A stretch of DNA of 64,000 nt, taken from the NCBI GenBank assembly GCA_041690135.1, contig JAWLHY010000003.1, forward strand, positions 96,001 through 160,000. The letters run 5' to 3'. The position numbers and the translations under genes are program-made. Position 1 is the first letter of the stretch, and every line of letters begins with the position of its first letter. Shown here one piece after another: positions 56,301-64,000 of the stretch. The stretch comes from Armatimonadota bacterium. GTDB taxonomy: Bacteria; Armatimonadota; SYMT01. Below the pieces are notes generated by a model. That model made no database searches. It was given only the letters and a program-made list of their open reading frames with translations, and had not been told where the DNA came from.

Positions 56301-56837
56301 CTGACGGCCCTGGCGATGGCGGGGGACCGGGAGCGCTGCCTCGCCGCCGGGATGGACGGCTACGTCTCCAAGCCGCTGCGCGCGGAAGAGCTTTTCCGTG
56401 TGCTAGAAGAGGTGACTCCGGAAAGCGCCGCAAGTTTGACAGAATGCCCCGCGATCACCGAGGCCGATGCTCCGCTCCCGCCGCTCGATATCGCATCGCT
56501 GGCGGAGCGCTTCTCGGACGATCCGGACCTCCTGCGAGAGTTGGCAGGTCTCTTCCTTCAGGAGACCCCGGCGCTGCTCACCTCCGCCCAGGAGGCGTTA
56601 TCCCGCGGCGATAGCTCCGCACTTGCGTTCTCCGGGCATACGCTCAAGGGAATGGCGAGTTCCCTGTGCGCGCCGGCGGTGGTGGAAGCGGCCCGGCGCC
56701 TGGAGCACGCCGGGCGGGACCAGCAACTGAACGCGGCGGCCCCGGCACTACGGGAGTTGGATCAAGCCCTGAAGGAACTGCTGGGGTCTATGCAAAAGCT
56801 GGCAGTAGATGGATCCCTTTCGCACGGGGGCGACTGA
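53343..56837 (+). CDS. Hybrid sensor histidine kinase (CHASE4-HAMP-PAS-HisKA-HATPase-REC-REC-Hpt)
   Basis: DWAYWDDTY (CHASE4), FLANMSHEIRTPMNG, NLIGNAIKFT, GGTGLGL, two receivers, HTLKG Hpt. Confidence 0.95.
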   Translation: MTLRKKTLFLFSLILLGLVLSLSLVNRAILFSGFRQVEQRLVRRNMTRARAMLEDSAAKLATTTQDWAYWDDTYRYVIGENRSYISDNCQNASLATLGLSLFLVQDRSGKRVWGTGFDPGRGVKTALSPDIQKWFTAGRLEKLRGRFGREIAGLLLLEDGPMLVAARPILRSSQEGPAVGTLIFGQKLDEAAFSKLSKLTQLKLGFERIGEGSAWQTALPHAELGRDEVVDRPLDESRIAGYTALRDLFDAPVLVLRAEMPREAYREGKESVRLLVLSILVAGFVFGVAALLLIERSVLGRLASLDRAVSEVSASGSLEQRVKLAGKDELARLAASINRMLEALQGSQARQRKSEAEYRRILDTAYEGVLTLDSAGVITYANTRMAEMLGGSPEKLVGRPLLDCMPPGDLVAGGELLDRLRAGAKEQVELRLRSEGGAMLWVLASVNPIHTECGEPAGALGMFTDVTERKRTERALHEAKEAAEAATRAKSEFLANMSHEIRTPMNGIIGMTELALETDLTSEQREYLEMVRTSADSLLTVINDILDFSKIETGKLQFERVPFSIEECVAHAVKSLAVRADQKQLELAYHLHPELPEAVLGDPDRLRQVLMNLIGNAIKFTDTGEVVLEVGPEPPSSTCSATPGGSREAVRLHFSVRDTGIGIPVDKQRSIFEAFTQADSSTTRRYGGTGLGLSISKRLVGLMGGAIWVESEPDQGSTFHFTARFAPTQAPPRTVPRADLADLHGMPVLVVDDNATNRRILQELLFHWGLNPTLVPSGRAALEALRRSAEAGQPYSLALLDAMMPEMDGFTLAETIRRDSRLAQTVLVMLSSAGHPEHVVRAGEIGLDAYLSKPVRPSELFDRIAQIFHGHSLLHPSADLAAGAGKTSAQPASAEHPLRILLAEDNLVNQRLAVRLLARHGHTVILANNGEEAVAQWERQPVDVVLMDIQMPVCNGFEAAQTIRRREQEGHLTAEGTNGRHTPIVALTALAMAGDRERCLAAGMDGYVSKPLRAEELFRVLEEVTPESAASLTECPAITEADAPLPPLDIASLAERFSDDPDLLRELAGLFLQETPALLTSAQEALSRGDSSALAFSGHTLKGMASSLCAPAVVEAARRLEHAGRDQQLNAAAPALRELDQALKELLGSMQKLAVDGSLSHGGD

Positions 56838-56959
56838 AGTCGCGTGCTGGAACGGCACGAAGTCCGCCTGCGCGGACTAGGGAGCCTCGGGATCTTCGAT
56901 CTATGTCCCAAAATTCGTAAGTCCTGGTTGAAAGGTCCCGAAGCAGGAAGAGGTGGACC

Positions 56960-57349
56960 ATGCGATGTTCCAAGTGCGGTTCGGAGGCGGCTGAGGTCAA
57001 GAAGTTCTGCGCCGAGTGCGGGGCGCCGTTCGTGGCCCGGGAAGAGGCGGTGCCGGTCCCCGGTGAGGCCGGGGCGTATTACTGCCACCGCCACAAAAAG
57101 GAACCGACCCGGGTGACGTGTGGCCGCTGCGAAGCACCGGTTTGCACGCGCTGCGCGGTCCACGGCCCCGTCGGCGTGCGGTGCCGGGAATGCGCGAAGA
57201 ACCGGGTCCCCCTCCGGCCGATGGGGGTCCTCCACAGCGCGGGCAAGACGATGGATTCCCCCGCCGGCCGGACAGTGTGGTACCTCGCGATCTGGTACTT
57301 CGTGGTGAATACTTTCACCAACCTTTTCGGAGGCGGGGGAGACTCCTAA
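56960..57349 (+). CDS. Zinc-ribbon plus B-box-type zinc finger protein with C-terminal membrane segment
   Basis: CSKC...CAEC; CHRH...CGRC...CTRC...CREC; hydrophobic VWYLAIWYFVV; GAGGTGG RBS. Confidence 0.8.
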   Translation: MRCSKCGSEAAEVKKFCAECGAPFVAREEAVPVPGEAGAYYCHRHKKEPTRVTCGRCEAPVCTRCAVHGPVGVRCRECAKNRVPLRPMGVLHSAGKTMDSPAGRTVWYLAIWYFVVNTFTNLFGGGGDS

Positions 57350-58452
57350 TCCAATTGCCCAAAGGGTAGGTCTTGCGGTATCGGGGCGGGGCGCTCGTAA
57401 TCGAGGGCGGGGTTGACCGTGCGGCCCTCTTGCGACGACTCGAGGAAACCCTGCATCAGGTCGAGGACCACGAAGGCCTGCTCTCCGCTGGCGCGGTGGG
57501 GTCGCCCCGTGCGGACGGCATGGGCCAAATCGGCGAGGCCCACGGCCCGGCCGTAGCCGGTGGGGAAGGTGTGCGGTACTTCCCGCCACTCTTCTTCGCC
57601 TTCCTTGCGCAGGAGGACCGGCCCGTCGAAGTGGTTCGGGTCGGGGACCTTCATCGCCCCCTCGGTGCCATAGATCACGATCGGATGCTTCCGGTCGTAG
57701 TCGGCGTGCATGATGGCGAAGCTGGTGACCAGGGTGCCCACCGCCCCACAGAGGAACTCCAGCATGCCGCTGATGTGGTCGGGGGTCTCCACCTGAACCT
57801 TTTTGCCGTGCTTGGGCTGGCTGGTGATGGTCCGTTCCGGGATGGCGATGGAGGTCATGCCGCTGATCCGGCGCACCGGCCCGAGCAGGTTCAAGAGCGC
57901 GGTGAGGTAATAGGGACCCATGTCGAACATCGGGCCGCCCCCAACCTCGTAGTAGAACTCCGGGCTGGGGTGCCACGACTCGGGTCCCCGCCCCATCATG
58001 AAAGCGGTGAAGGAGACGGGGCAGCCGATGGCGCCCTGGTCCAGCAACCGGCGGGCGGTCTGGATGCCGGCGCCGAGGAAGGTATCCGGAGCGCAGCCGA
58101 CCCGCAGGTTACGGTCGCGCGCGGCGTCGAGGACCGCCTCCCCTTCCTCGCGACTGATACCGAGCGGCTTCTCCGCATAGGTGTGCTTGCCGGCCGCCAG
58201 CGTCTGGAGCGCCACGGACGCGTGCGCCTTGGGGACGGTGAGGTTCAACACCACCTCGATGGAGGGATCGGCCAGCAACTCCTCGACGGTGAGGACCTGG
58301 GGCACGCCGAACTCTTCCGCGCGAGCGCGGGCCTTCTCCGGATCGAGGTCGGAGAGCGCGGCCACCTCCAGGATCGGAAAGTTGGGGGCCATCTTCAGGT
58401 AGGCCGCGCTGATGGCGCCGCAGCCGATGAAACCAACACGAACTCTTTCCAT
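57346..58452 (-). CDS. Gfo/Idh/MocA-family oxidoreductase
   Basis: IGCGAIS, YAEKP, CAPDTFLG, DMGPYY. Confidence 0.93.
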   Translation of the reverse strand: MERVRVGFIGCGAISAAYLKMAPNFPILEVAALSDLDPEKARARAEEFGVPQVLTVEELLADPSIEVVLNLTVPKAHASVALQTLAAGKHTYAEKPLGISREEGEAVLDAARDRNLRVGCAPDTFLGAGIQTARRLLDQGAIGCPVSFTAFMMGRGPESWHPSPEFYYEVGGGPMFDMGPYYLTALLNLLGPVRRISGMTSIAIPERTITSQPKHGKKVQVETPDHISGMLEFLCGAVGTLVTSFAIMHADYDRKHPIVIYGTEGAMKVPDPNHFDGPVLLRKEGEEEWREVPHTFPTGYGRAVGLADLAHAVRTGRPHRASGEQAFVVLDLMQGFLESSQEGRTVNPALDYERPAPIPQDLPFGQLD

Positions 58453-58468
58453 AACCCGCTGTAGCCCT

Positions 58469-59359
58469 CTATTTCTTCTGCAAGTGCTGGTCGAACCACT
58501 CCGCCAGGGTGTAGATATCGGTGGCCAGCTCCGGCCAGCCGTGAGCCTTGCCCTTTTTCACGACGAGACGTCCGGGCACGCCGGCTGCCTCGATCTTCTT
58601 AATAACGACCTCGGCCTGCTGGATCGGGACGAGCTTGTCCTGGTCCCCGTGGATGATCAGGGTCGGCGGCATCCGGGGGGTGACGTAGGTGATGGGTGAG
58701 ATCGCCCGGGCCACGGACTCCAGTTCGGACGGCTCCTCCGATTTCGCGCCGAACGCCGCCCGGAACCGCTTCAACTCTTCCACCGTCAGGGCATTCCGGT
58801 CCGGCTGGCCGTAGTTCAGGAAATCGGTGGGGGGATAGAAACACGCCACTGCCTGCACCCGGCTGCTTTCGCGGTCGACCGGGTCCTTCGCCTGGGGATT
58901 GCCTTCTTTACCTCGCGCACCTTGCATGAGCGAGAGGTGGCCGCCCGCGCTGCCGCCGGAGATGCCGAGCCGATTCGGGTCCACGCCGTACTCTTGGGCA
59001 TGGTGGCGCACGAAGCGCACGGCCCGGTCGATATCCTCCACGATCTCGGGGATCGCGTACTTCGGCTGGCTGCCGTGTACCACGGCGAAAACGGTGTACC
59101 CGCGGTCCGTGAATGGTTTCGCGAAGCCGGGATTGATCGCCTCGTGAGAGGAGAACCAGCCCCCGCTCACCATGAACAGCACGCCGGCTCCGTTGGGCTT
59201 GGCAGGCTTGAAGATATCCATGGTCAGGGCCACGCCGTGCTTCTTCCGGTAGATCACGTCCCGGATGCGGGCGGAATCCTGGGCCCGAACCGGGCCGCGG
59301 AAGCCGAGGCCGGTCAATAACAGCGTGCCTGTGGCGATCAATAAACTCCGGCGATGCAT
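58469..59359 (-). CDS. Alpha/beta hydrolase (esterase/lipase), exported
   Basis: SGGW oxyanion motif, GGSAGG, HGDQD, AHGW; leader MHRRSLL. Confidence 0.9.
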   Translation of the reverse strand: MHRRSLLIATGTLLLTGLGFRGPVRAQDSARIRDVIYRKKHGVALTMDIFKPAKPNGAGVLFMVSGGWFSSHEAINPGFAKPFTDRGYTVFAVVHGSQPKYAIPEIVEDIDRAVRFVRHHAQEYGVDPNRLGISGGSAGGHLSLMQGARGKEGNPQAKDPVDRESSRVQAVACFYPPTDFLNYGQPDRNALTVEELKRFRAAFGAKSEEPSELESVARAISPITYVTPRMPPTLIIHGDQDKLVPIQQAEVVIKKIEAAGVPGRLVVKKGKAHGWPELATDIYTLAEWFDQHLQKK

Positions 59360-59379
59360 CGTTGCCCCCCAGCTGCGCG

Positions 59380-59403
59380 GATTACGATAAGGATAAGGAT
59401 GGC
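59380..59403. repeat. 6-mer tandem repeat GATTAC GATAAG GATAAG GATGGC
   Basis: Same hexamer family as 18443-18472. Confidence 0.5.
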
Positions 59404-59550
59404 CGGAACCCAAGCCTGGCTAGAGACGGCCCTGGACGCCGCCTAACACCTATGCCCCCCAAACTCGCTTGTATGAGGAGTAAGCTCGGCACCTTAGATC
59501 GCGGGCAAGGGCTCGGGTCTCCGCCAGTTAGCTTCCGAACGGGTCGCCGT

Positions 59551-60660
59551 TTACCCTTCTGAATCTTCGACATGGGCACCGTAGCCATAGGCCGACTGGC
59601 GCATGAGGTGGTCGGCGAGGACGAGGGCGACCATGGCCTCGACTCCGGGTACGGCGCGGGGGAGGACGCACGGGTCGTGGCGGCCGCGCGCTTTGTAGGT
59701 GACCTCTTCGCCCGTGAGGGTGACGGTCTGCTGCTCCTGCATGATGGTGGCGGTCGGCTTGAAGGCGACGCGCAGGATCAGGTCTTCCCCGTTGGAGATG
59801 CCGCCCTGGATGCCGCCGGAGTGGTTGGTGAGGGTGCGGACCCGCCCTTCGCGGATGACGAACGGGTCGTTGTGGGTGGAGCCGCGCATCAGGATGCTGC
59901 CGAAGCCCTCGCCTACTTCGAAGCCGCGCGCCGCCGGCAGCGACATCAACGCCTTGGCCAGGTCGCCGGTTAGCTTGTCGAAGACCGGCTCGCCGAGGCC
60001 GGGCGGTACGTTCCGGGCCACGACCTCGACGATACCGCCGAGGGAGTCGCCGTCGCTGCGGGCCTGGATGATGGCGGCCTCCATACGGGCCGCCGCCTCA
60101 GGATCCGGGCAGCGGACGTCGTTGCTGTCGACCTGCGAGCGGGTCACGGTGGAGGGGTCGACCTCGCCGCGGAGGTCGCTGACCTGGAGCACGTAGCCGA
60201 CGATGTCGATCCCGCACCGGTGCGCCAGCAGTTGGCGCGCCACGGCGCCGCCGGCTACCCGGCCGATGGCCTCCCGGTAAGAGGCGCGGCCGCCGCCGCG
60301 GTAGTCGCGGATCCCGTGCTTCGCGTGATAGGTGTAGTCCGCGTGGCTCGGCCGCACCTTCGTCTGGAGCTCGCTGTAATCTTTAGAGCGCGCGTCCGCA
60401 TTGCGGACCACCATTCCCAGCGGCGTGCCGGTGGTGACCCCTTCGAACAGGCCGGACTGGATCTCGACCTCGTCCTCTTCCTTGCGCTGGGTGGTGATGC
60501 GACTCTGCCCGGGGCGGCGACGGTCCAGCTCTTCCTGGACCATCTCCCGTGTGAGCGGAAGGCCCGCCGGGCATCCATCCACCACGCAGCCGACCGCGGG
60601 GCCGTGCGATTCGCCCCACGTGGTGACTCTGAAAACCTTACCGAATGTACTGCCTGCCAT
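59551..60660 (-). CDS. aroC: Chorismate synthase
   Basis: [40 protein letters not shown]. Confidence 0.97.
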   Translation of the reverse strand: MAGSTFGKVFRVTTWGESHGPAVGCVVDGCPAGLPLTREMVQEELDRRRPGQSRITTQRKEEDEVEIQSGLFEGVTTGTPLGMVVRNADARSKDYSELQTKVRPSHADYTYHAKHGIRDYRGGGRASYREAIGRVAGGAVARQLLAHRCGIDIVGYVLQVSDLRGEVDPSTVTRSQVDSNDVRCPDPEAAARMEAAIIQARSDGDSLGGIVEVVARNVPPGLGEPVFDKLTGDLAKALMSLPAARGFEVGEGFGSILMRGSTHNDPFVIREGRVRTLTNHSGGIQGGISNGEDLILRVAFKPTATIMQEQQTVTLTGEEVTYKARGRHDPCVLPRAVPGVEAMVALVLADHLMRQSAYGYGAHVEDSEG

Positions 60661-60859
60661 AGGTGAAGTGTATCCGCTCCATCGGGGGTAGACATGGGTG
60701 CTATACTGGCATCAACGCCGGATTTATCGCGTATCGACGAGAACTATCGGGTGACCGCATCGGACCGGGTGGCGGTTGATCGCGCAACTGCAGGCGGGAC
60801 TAGGCGGTGGGCGGAGATTGAGAGTTAAGCAGCACCGGCACGGTCGGTGGTGTGCGGCT

Positions 60860-60908
60860 GGGCGAGTAAACTCGCGACTACAAACGGCAAAGCCTGCCTC
60901 CGCAGGCT
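60860..60908. repeat. REP-like dispersed repeat
   Basis: GGGCGAGTAAACTCGCGACTACAAACGGC plus hairpin AGCCTGC-CTCC-GCAGGCT. Confidence 0.65.
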
Positions 60909-60922
60909 GTGGAGATCCATGA

Positions 60923-62350
60923 ATGGGCGAATTTCGCATCAGATTCGAGCAACGGTTCGCGTTTGCAGTCCGGCTTTCCCACGTGTTTGAAAGAGACCGC
61001 CGCCGGACTAACTGCCGACTACCCCGATTGGCCGGCGTAGGTCTGCTGGCGGGTACCGCCGTGGGCGGGTTGTTCCTGGTGGGGTGCGCGGCGCAGGCGC
61101 AGGGCGGCCCTGTCATCATCGGACAACTCCTGACCGGAAAGGCCGCGTTAGGGGACTGGACGACCGACGCGCCCGGCGTGCGGCGCAAGATCACGTCGGC
61201 GGACCTGCCGCCGCCCTACGACACCCTGGCCGTGGACAACGGTCCCAAGATCATCCCACGCCCGGCCAATGCCTGGCCGCAAGTTCCCGCGGGGTTCAAG
61301 GCCGAGGAATTTGCCACCGGCCTGACCAACCCGCGGGTGGTGGTGACCGCGCCCAACGGCGACCTGTTCATTGCCGAGAGCCAGGCCAACCGGATCCGCG
61401 TACTGCGCGACGCGGACGGGGACGGCAAGCCGGAGGTCAACCGCATCTACGCGCAGGGGCTCACCCTACCGTTTGGGATCGCCTTCTACCCGCCGGGCAA
61501 TAACCCCCGGTACCTCTATGTCGGCAATACGAACTCGGTGGTTCGTTTCCCGTACCGCGGCGGCGACCTGCAGGCTCCCGGCGCGCCGGAGATGATCGTG
61601 CCGGACATCCCGGGCCACGGCCGGCTCCGCGGCGGCGGGCACTGGACTCGCGACCTCGCCTTCAGCCGCGATGGGAAGCGGTTGTTCGTCTCCGTCGGCT
61701 CCCTCTCCAACGTGACCGACGACGCGAAGGAAGAGCGGCGGGCCTCCATCCTCTCCTATAACCCGGACGGCACCGGCTACAAGCTGTACGCCTCCGGCAT
61801 TCGCAACCCCGTGGGGCTGGCGATCCATCCGCAGACCGGCGACCTCTGGACCTCCGTTAACGAGCGAGACGGCCTGGGCGACCACCTGGTGCCGGATTAC
61901 GTGACGCGGGTGAAGGAAGGCGGCTTCTACGGCTGGCCGTGGTACTACATTGGGCCCAACCAGGACCCGCGCCACGCCGGCAAGCGACCGGAGCTGCGCG
62001 ACCAGGTGATCGTGCCGGACGTGCTGCTGCAGTCCCACTCCGCCTCGCTCGACATGACCTTTTACACGGGCAACCAGTTCCCGGCCGAGTACCGCAACCA
62101 CGCCTTCGCCGCGGAGCACGGCTCCTGGAACCGGGCTCGCCGCACCGGCTATAAGGTGGTCCGCATCCCGGTGGAGAAGGGCAAGGCGACCGGCGAGTAT
62201 GAGGACTTCATGACCGGGTTCGTCACCCGCGAGGGGAACGTGTGGGGCCGGCCGGTCGGCGTGGCGGTCGCAAAGGACGGCTCGCTGATGGTGACCGACG
62301 ACGGTTCCGGCACGGTGTGGCGGGTGAGCTACACGCGCAAGGGACGATAA
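60923..62350 (+). CDS. PQQ-dependent sugar/sorbosone dehydrogenase family beta-propeller
   Basis: VSVGSLSN, GIRNPVG, VNERDGLGD, AEHGSWNR, GRPVGV. True start probably further downstream. Confidence 0.9.
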   Translation: MGEFRIRFEQRFAFAVRLSHVFERDRRRTNCRLPRLAGVGLLAGTAVGGLFLVGCAAQAQGGPVIIGQLLTGKAALGDWTTDAPGVRRKITSADLPPPYDTLAVDNGPKIIPRPANAWPQVPAGFKAEEFATGLTNPRVVVTAPNGDLFIAESQANRIRVLRDADGDGKPEVNRIYAQGLTLPFGIAFYPPGNNPRYLYVGNTNSVVRFPYRGGDLQAPGAPEMIVPDIPGHGRLRGGGHWTRDLAFSRDGKRLFVSVGSLSNVTDDAKEERRASILSYNPDGTGYKLYASGIRNPVGLAIHPQTGDLWTSVNERDGLGDHLVPDYVTRVKEGGFYGWPWYYIGPNQDPRHAGKRPELRDQVIVPDVLLQSHSASLDMTFYTGNQFPAEYRNHAFAAEHGSWNRARRTGYKVVRIPVEKGKATGEYEDFMTGFVTREGNVWGRPVGVAVAKDGSLMVTDDGSGTVWRVSYTRKGR

Positions 62351-62624
62351 ATCTCCCGCCCCTGAACGAGCCTCCGCCACCGGCTGAAACCCGGGTGCGT
62401 GCTCCGTGGGCGCTAGGTCCGTGTTCATAGCGGCGTTAGAGCAATCCGGACCTGTGCCTGGGCATTGCGTGGGCCGTTGGATACCCCCGGCGCATCGACG
62501 GTATCTGTGGAAGATGGTGCCCGCCGCCTGGGAAAGTGAGCAACTGCGGTCTTCGGGGAAACCGAGGTGTGCTGCCGCTGTGTTCCGATTCTTGCCTGCC
62601 TGTATGACGAGTGAGAGGGCAACA

Positions 62625-63410
62625 ATGCGCAAGGGAATCTGCTGGGGGAGCTTGCCGGGGGACTGGAGCGTCGAGGAGAAGCTGGAGCTGGCGGCGCGGG
62701 CCGGCTACCACGGGGTGGAGGTCTGCACGATCGAAGACCCCTCGGAGCGGGAGCGGGTCCGCGCGGCGGCGGGGCAGTTGGGGCTGGAGCTGCCGAGTGT
62801 GATGGCAACCGGTCACTGGAAGTACCCGCTCTCCAGCGGCGACGAGGCGACCCGGCAGGAGGGCCTCCGCAACATCCGCGAGAGCGTGGACACGGCGGTG
62901 GCGGTGGGGGCTTCGGTGGTCCTGGTGGTGCCGGCCGTGATCACCGAGACGCAGCCCTACGATGCGGCCTACGCGCTGAGCCTGAAGAGCCTGCGGGAAC
63001 TGGCCCCCTACGCGGCGGAACGGAATATCCGTCTGGGGGTGGAGAACGTGTGGAACCGGTTCCTGCTCACCCCGCGCGAGATGCGGCTTTATCTGGAAGA
63101 ACTCGACGCACCCAACGTGGGGCTCTACTTCGACTGCGGCAACATCCTCAACTACGGCTCCCCCCAGGCGTGGATCCGCGCCCTGGGGGACCGGATCCTC
63201 AAGGTCCACGTGAAAGACTTCGACCTGCCGACCCGCCAGTGGCGGTACCTGCTACAGGGCAGCGTGAACTGGCCGGAGATCCGCGCCGCCCTCCGCGAAG
63301 TGGGCTATGACGACTACCTCACCGTGGAACTGCCGCTCTACCCCACCTACCCGGACCAGATGGTCCTCGACAGCAGCCGCCACCTGGACCGCATCATCGC
63401 GGGAGTGTGA
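62625..63410 (+). CDS. Sugar phosphate isomerase/epimerase (hexulose/ribulose-phosphate epimerase-like TIM barrel)
   Basis: VENVWNRFL, YFDCGN, VHVKDF, LTVE; GAGAGGG RBS. Confidence 0.9.
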   Translation: MRKGICWGSLPGDWSVEEKLELAARAGYHGVEVCTIEDPSERERVRAAAGQLGLELPSVMATGHWKYPLSSGDEATRQEGLRNIRESVDTAVAVGASVVLVVPAVITETQPYDAAYALSLKSLRELAPYAAERNIRLGVENVWNRFLLTPREMRLYLEELDAPNVGLYFDCGNILNYGSPQAWIRALGDRILKVHVKDFDLPTRQWRYLLQGSVNWPEIRAALREVGYDDYLTVELPLYPTYPDQMVLDSSRHLDRIIAGV

Positions 63411-63507
63411 ACGGGGGTGCATCTTCGGGGCTTCCCAGCCAATATCTGGGTTCGGGGGCCGTGCCGGCTCGGACCGCGAGCGACCCTGCTTCCCCCACCC
63501 TCGACTG

Positions 63508-64000
63508 ATGAAAACCCATCGCACTCCCTATACTCTCGTCGCCCTCCTCACCCTGCTGGGGGGTTCCTTGCTTTCGACCGCCGGCGCCGCGGCGGCCGGG
63601 TTGGCCGGCCCAATGTGGACGGCCCGCCACAGCGCCCCGGCCGGCCTGAACGACGGCTTCGACGTGGTGGTCGATGCCGCGGGCAACTGCTTTGCCGTCG
63701 GGCGGGCCGCGACCAACCGTCAGACGGGCGAGACCGATATGGTCATCGTCAAATACAGCCCGACCGGCCAGCGGTTGTGGTCCCGCGTGTACGACACGCC
63801 GGGCGACTCGCTGGCGGATATCCACGCCGCACTGCACGGCAGCAGCCAACTGGCGGTGACCGCCTCATTCCGGACAGACCTTACCAGCCGCGACATCCTG
63901 GTCGCGCGGTTCGACGCGTCCGGAAGGCTGGTATGGGAGGCGACCTATAATGGCCAGAACAACGGCAACGAGATCCCCACGGCCCTGGCCGTGGATGCCT
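63508..64000 (+). CDS. Secreted beta-propeller (SBBP-like) repeat protein (runs off window end)
   Basis: Not in the ORF track. Manual translation: MKTHRTPYTLVALLTLLGG...VVVDAAGNCFAVG...DMVIVKYSPTGQRLWSRVY...DILVARFDASGRLVWEATY. Confidence 0.8.
   Translation, partial: MKTHRTPYTLVALLTLLGGSLLSTAGAAAAGLAGPMWTARHSAPAGLNDGFDVVVDAAGNCFAVGRAATNRQTGETDMVIVKYSPTGQRLWSRVYDTPGDSLADIHAALHGSSQLAVTASFRTDLTSRDILVARFDASGRLVWEATYNGQNNGNEIPTALAVDA

Overview
A GC-rich, gene-dense bacterial chromosomal region with about 52 CDS (partial at both ends). No rRNA, tRNA, CRISPR array, integrase or transposase was seen. Gene content is dominated by secreted or periplasmic catabolic enzymes: two Cys-type sulfatases, PhoX, a BNR/sialidase-fold protein, a GH32 fructosidase, M14 and S9 peptidases, three Gfo/Idh/MocA oxidoreductases, two TIM-barrel sugar isomerase-like proteins and beta-propellers. 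It also holds aroC, a CHASE4 hybrid kinase behind a TorF-like barrel, two stand-alone receivers, a PRC/YsnF stress cluster and two signal-peptide TPR-CHAT proteases. The style suggests an Armatimonadota/Planctomycetota-like diderm; this is inference only. The most notable observations are: (1) an intact LigD/LigC-like ligase with the catalytic Lys replaced by Arg, plus changes in motifs IV and V; (2) recurring degenerate 6/7/8/9-nt tandem repeats, some as inverted arms, found only between genes; (3) two predicted exported caspase-like CHAT proteases; (4) a Tat-exported two-domain haloperoxidase/PAP2 with one degenerate domain; (5) Pho/OmpR-like boxes and REP-like palindromes. Product calls come from motif recognition by eye, not database searches. 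Many start codons were re-chosen from RBS and signal-peptide context.
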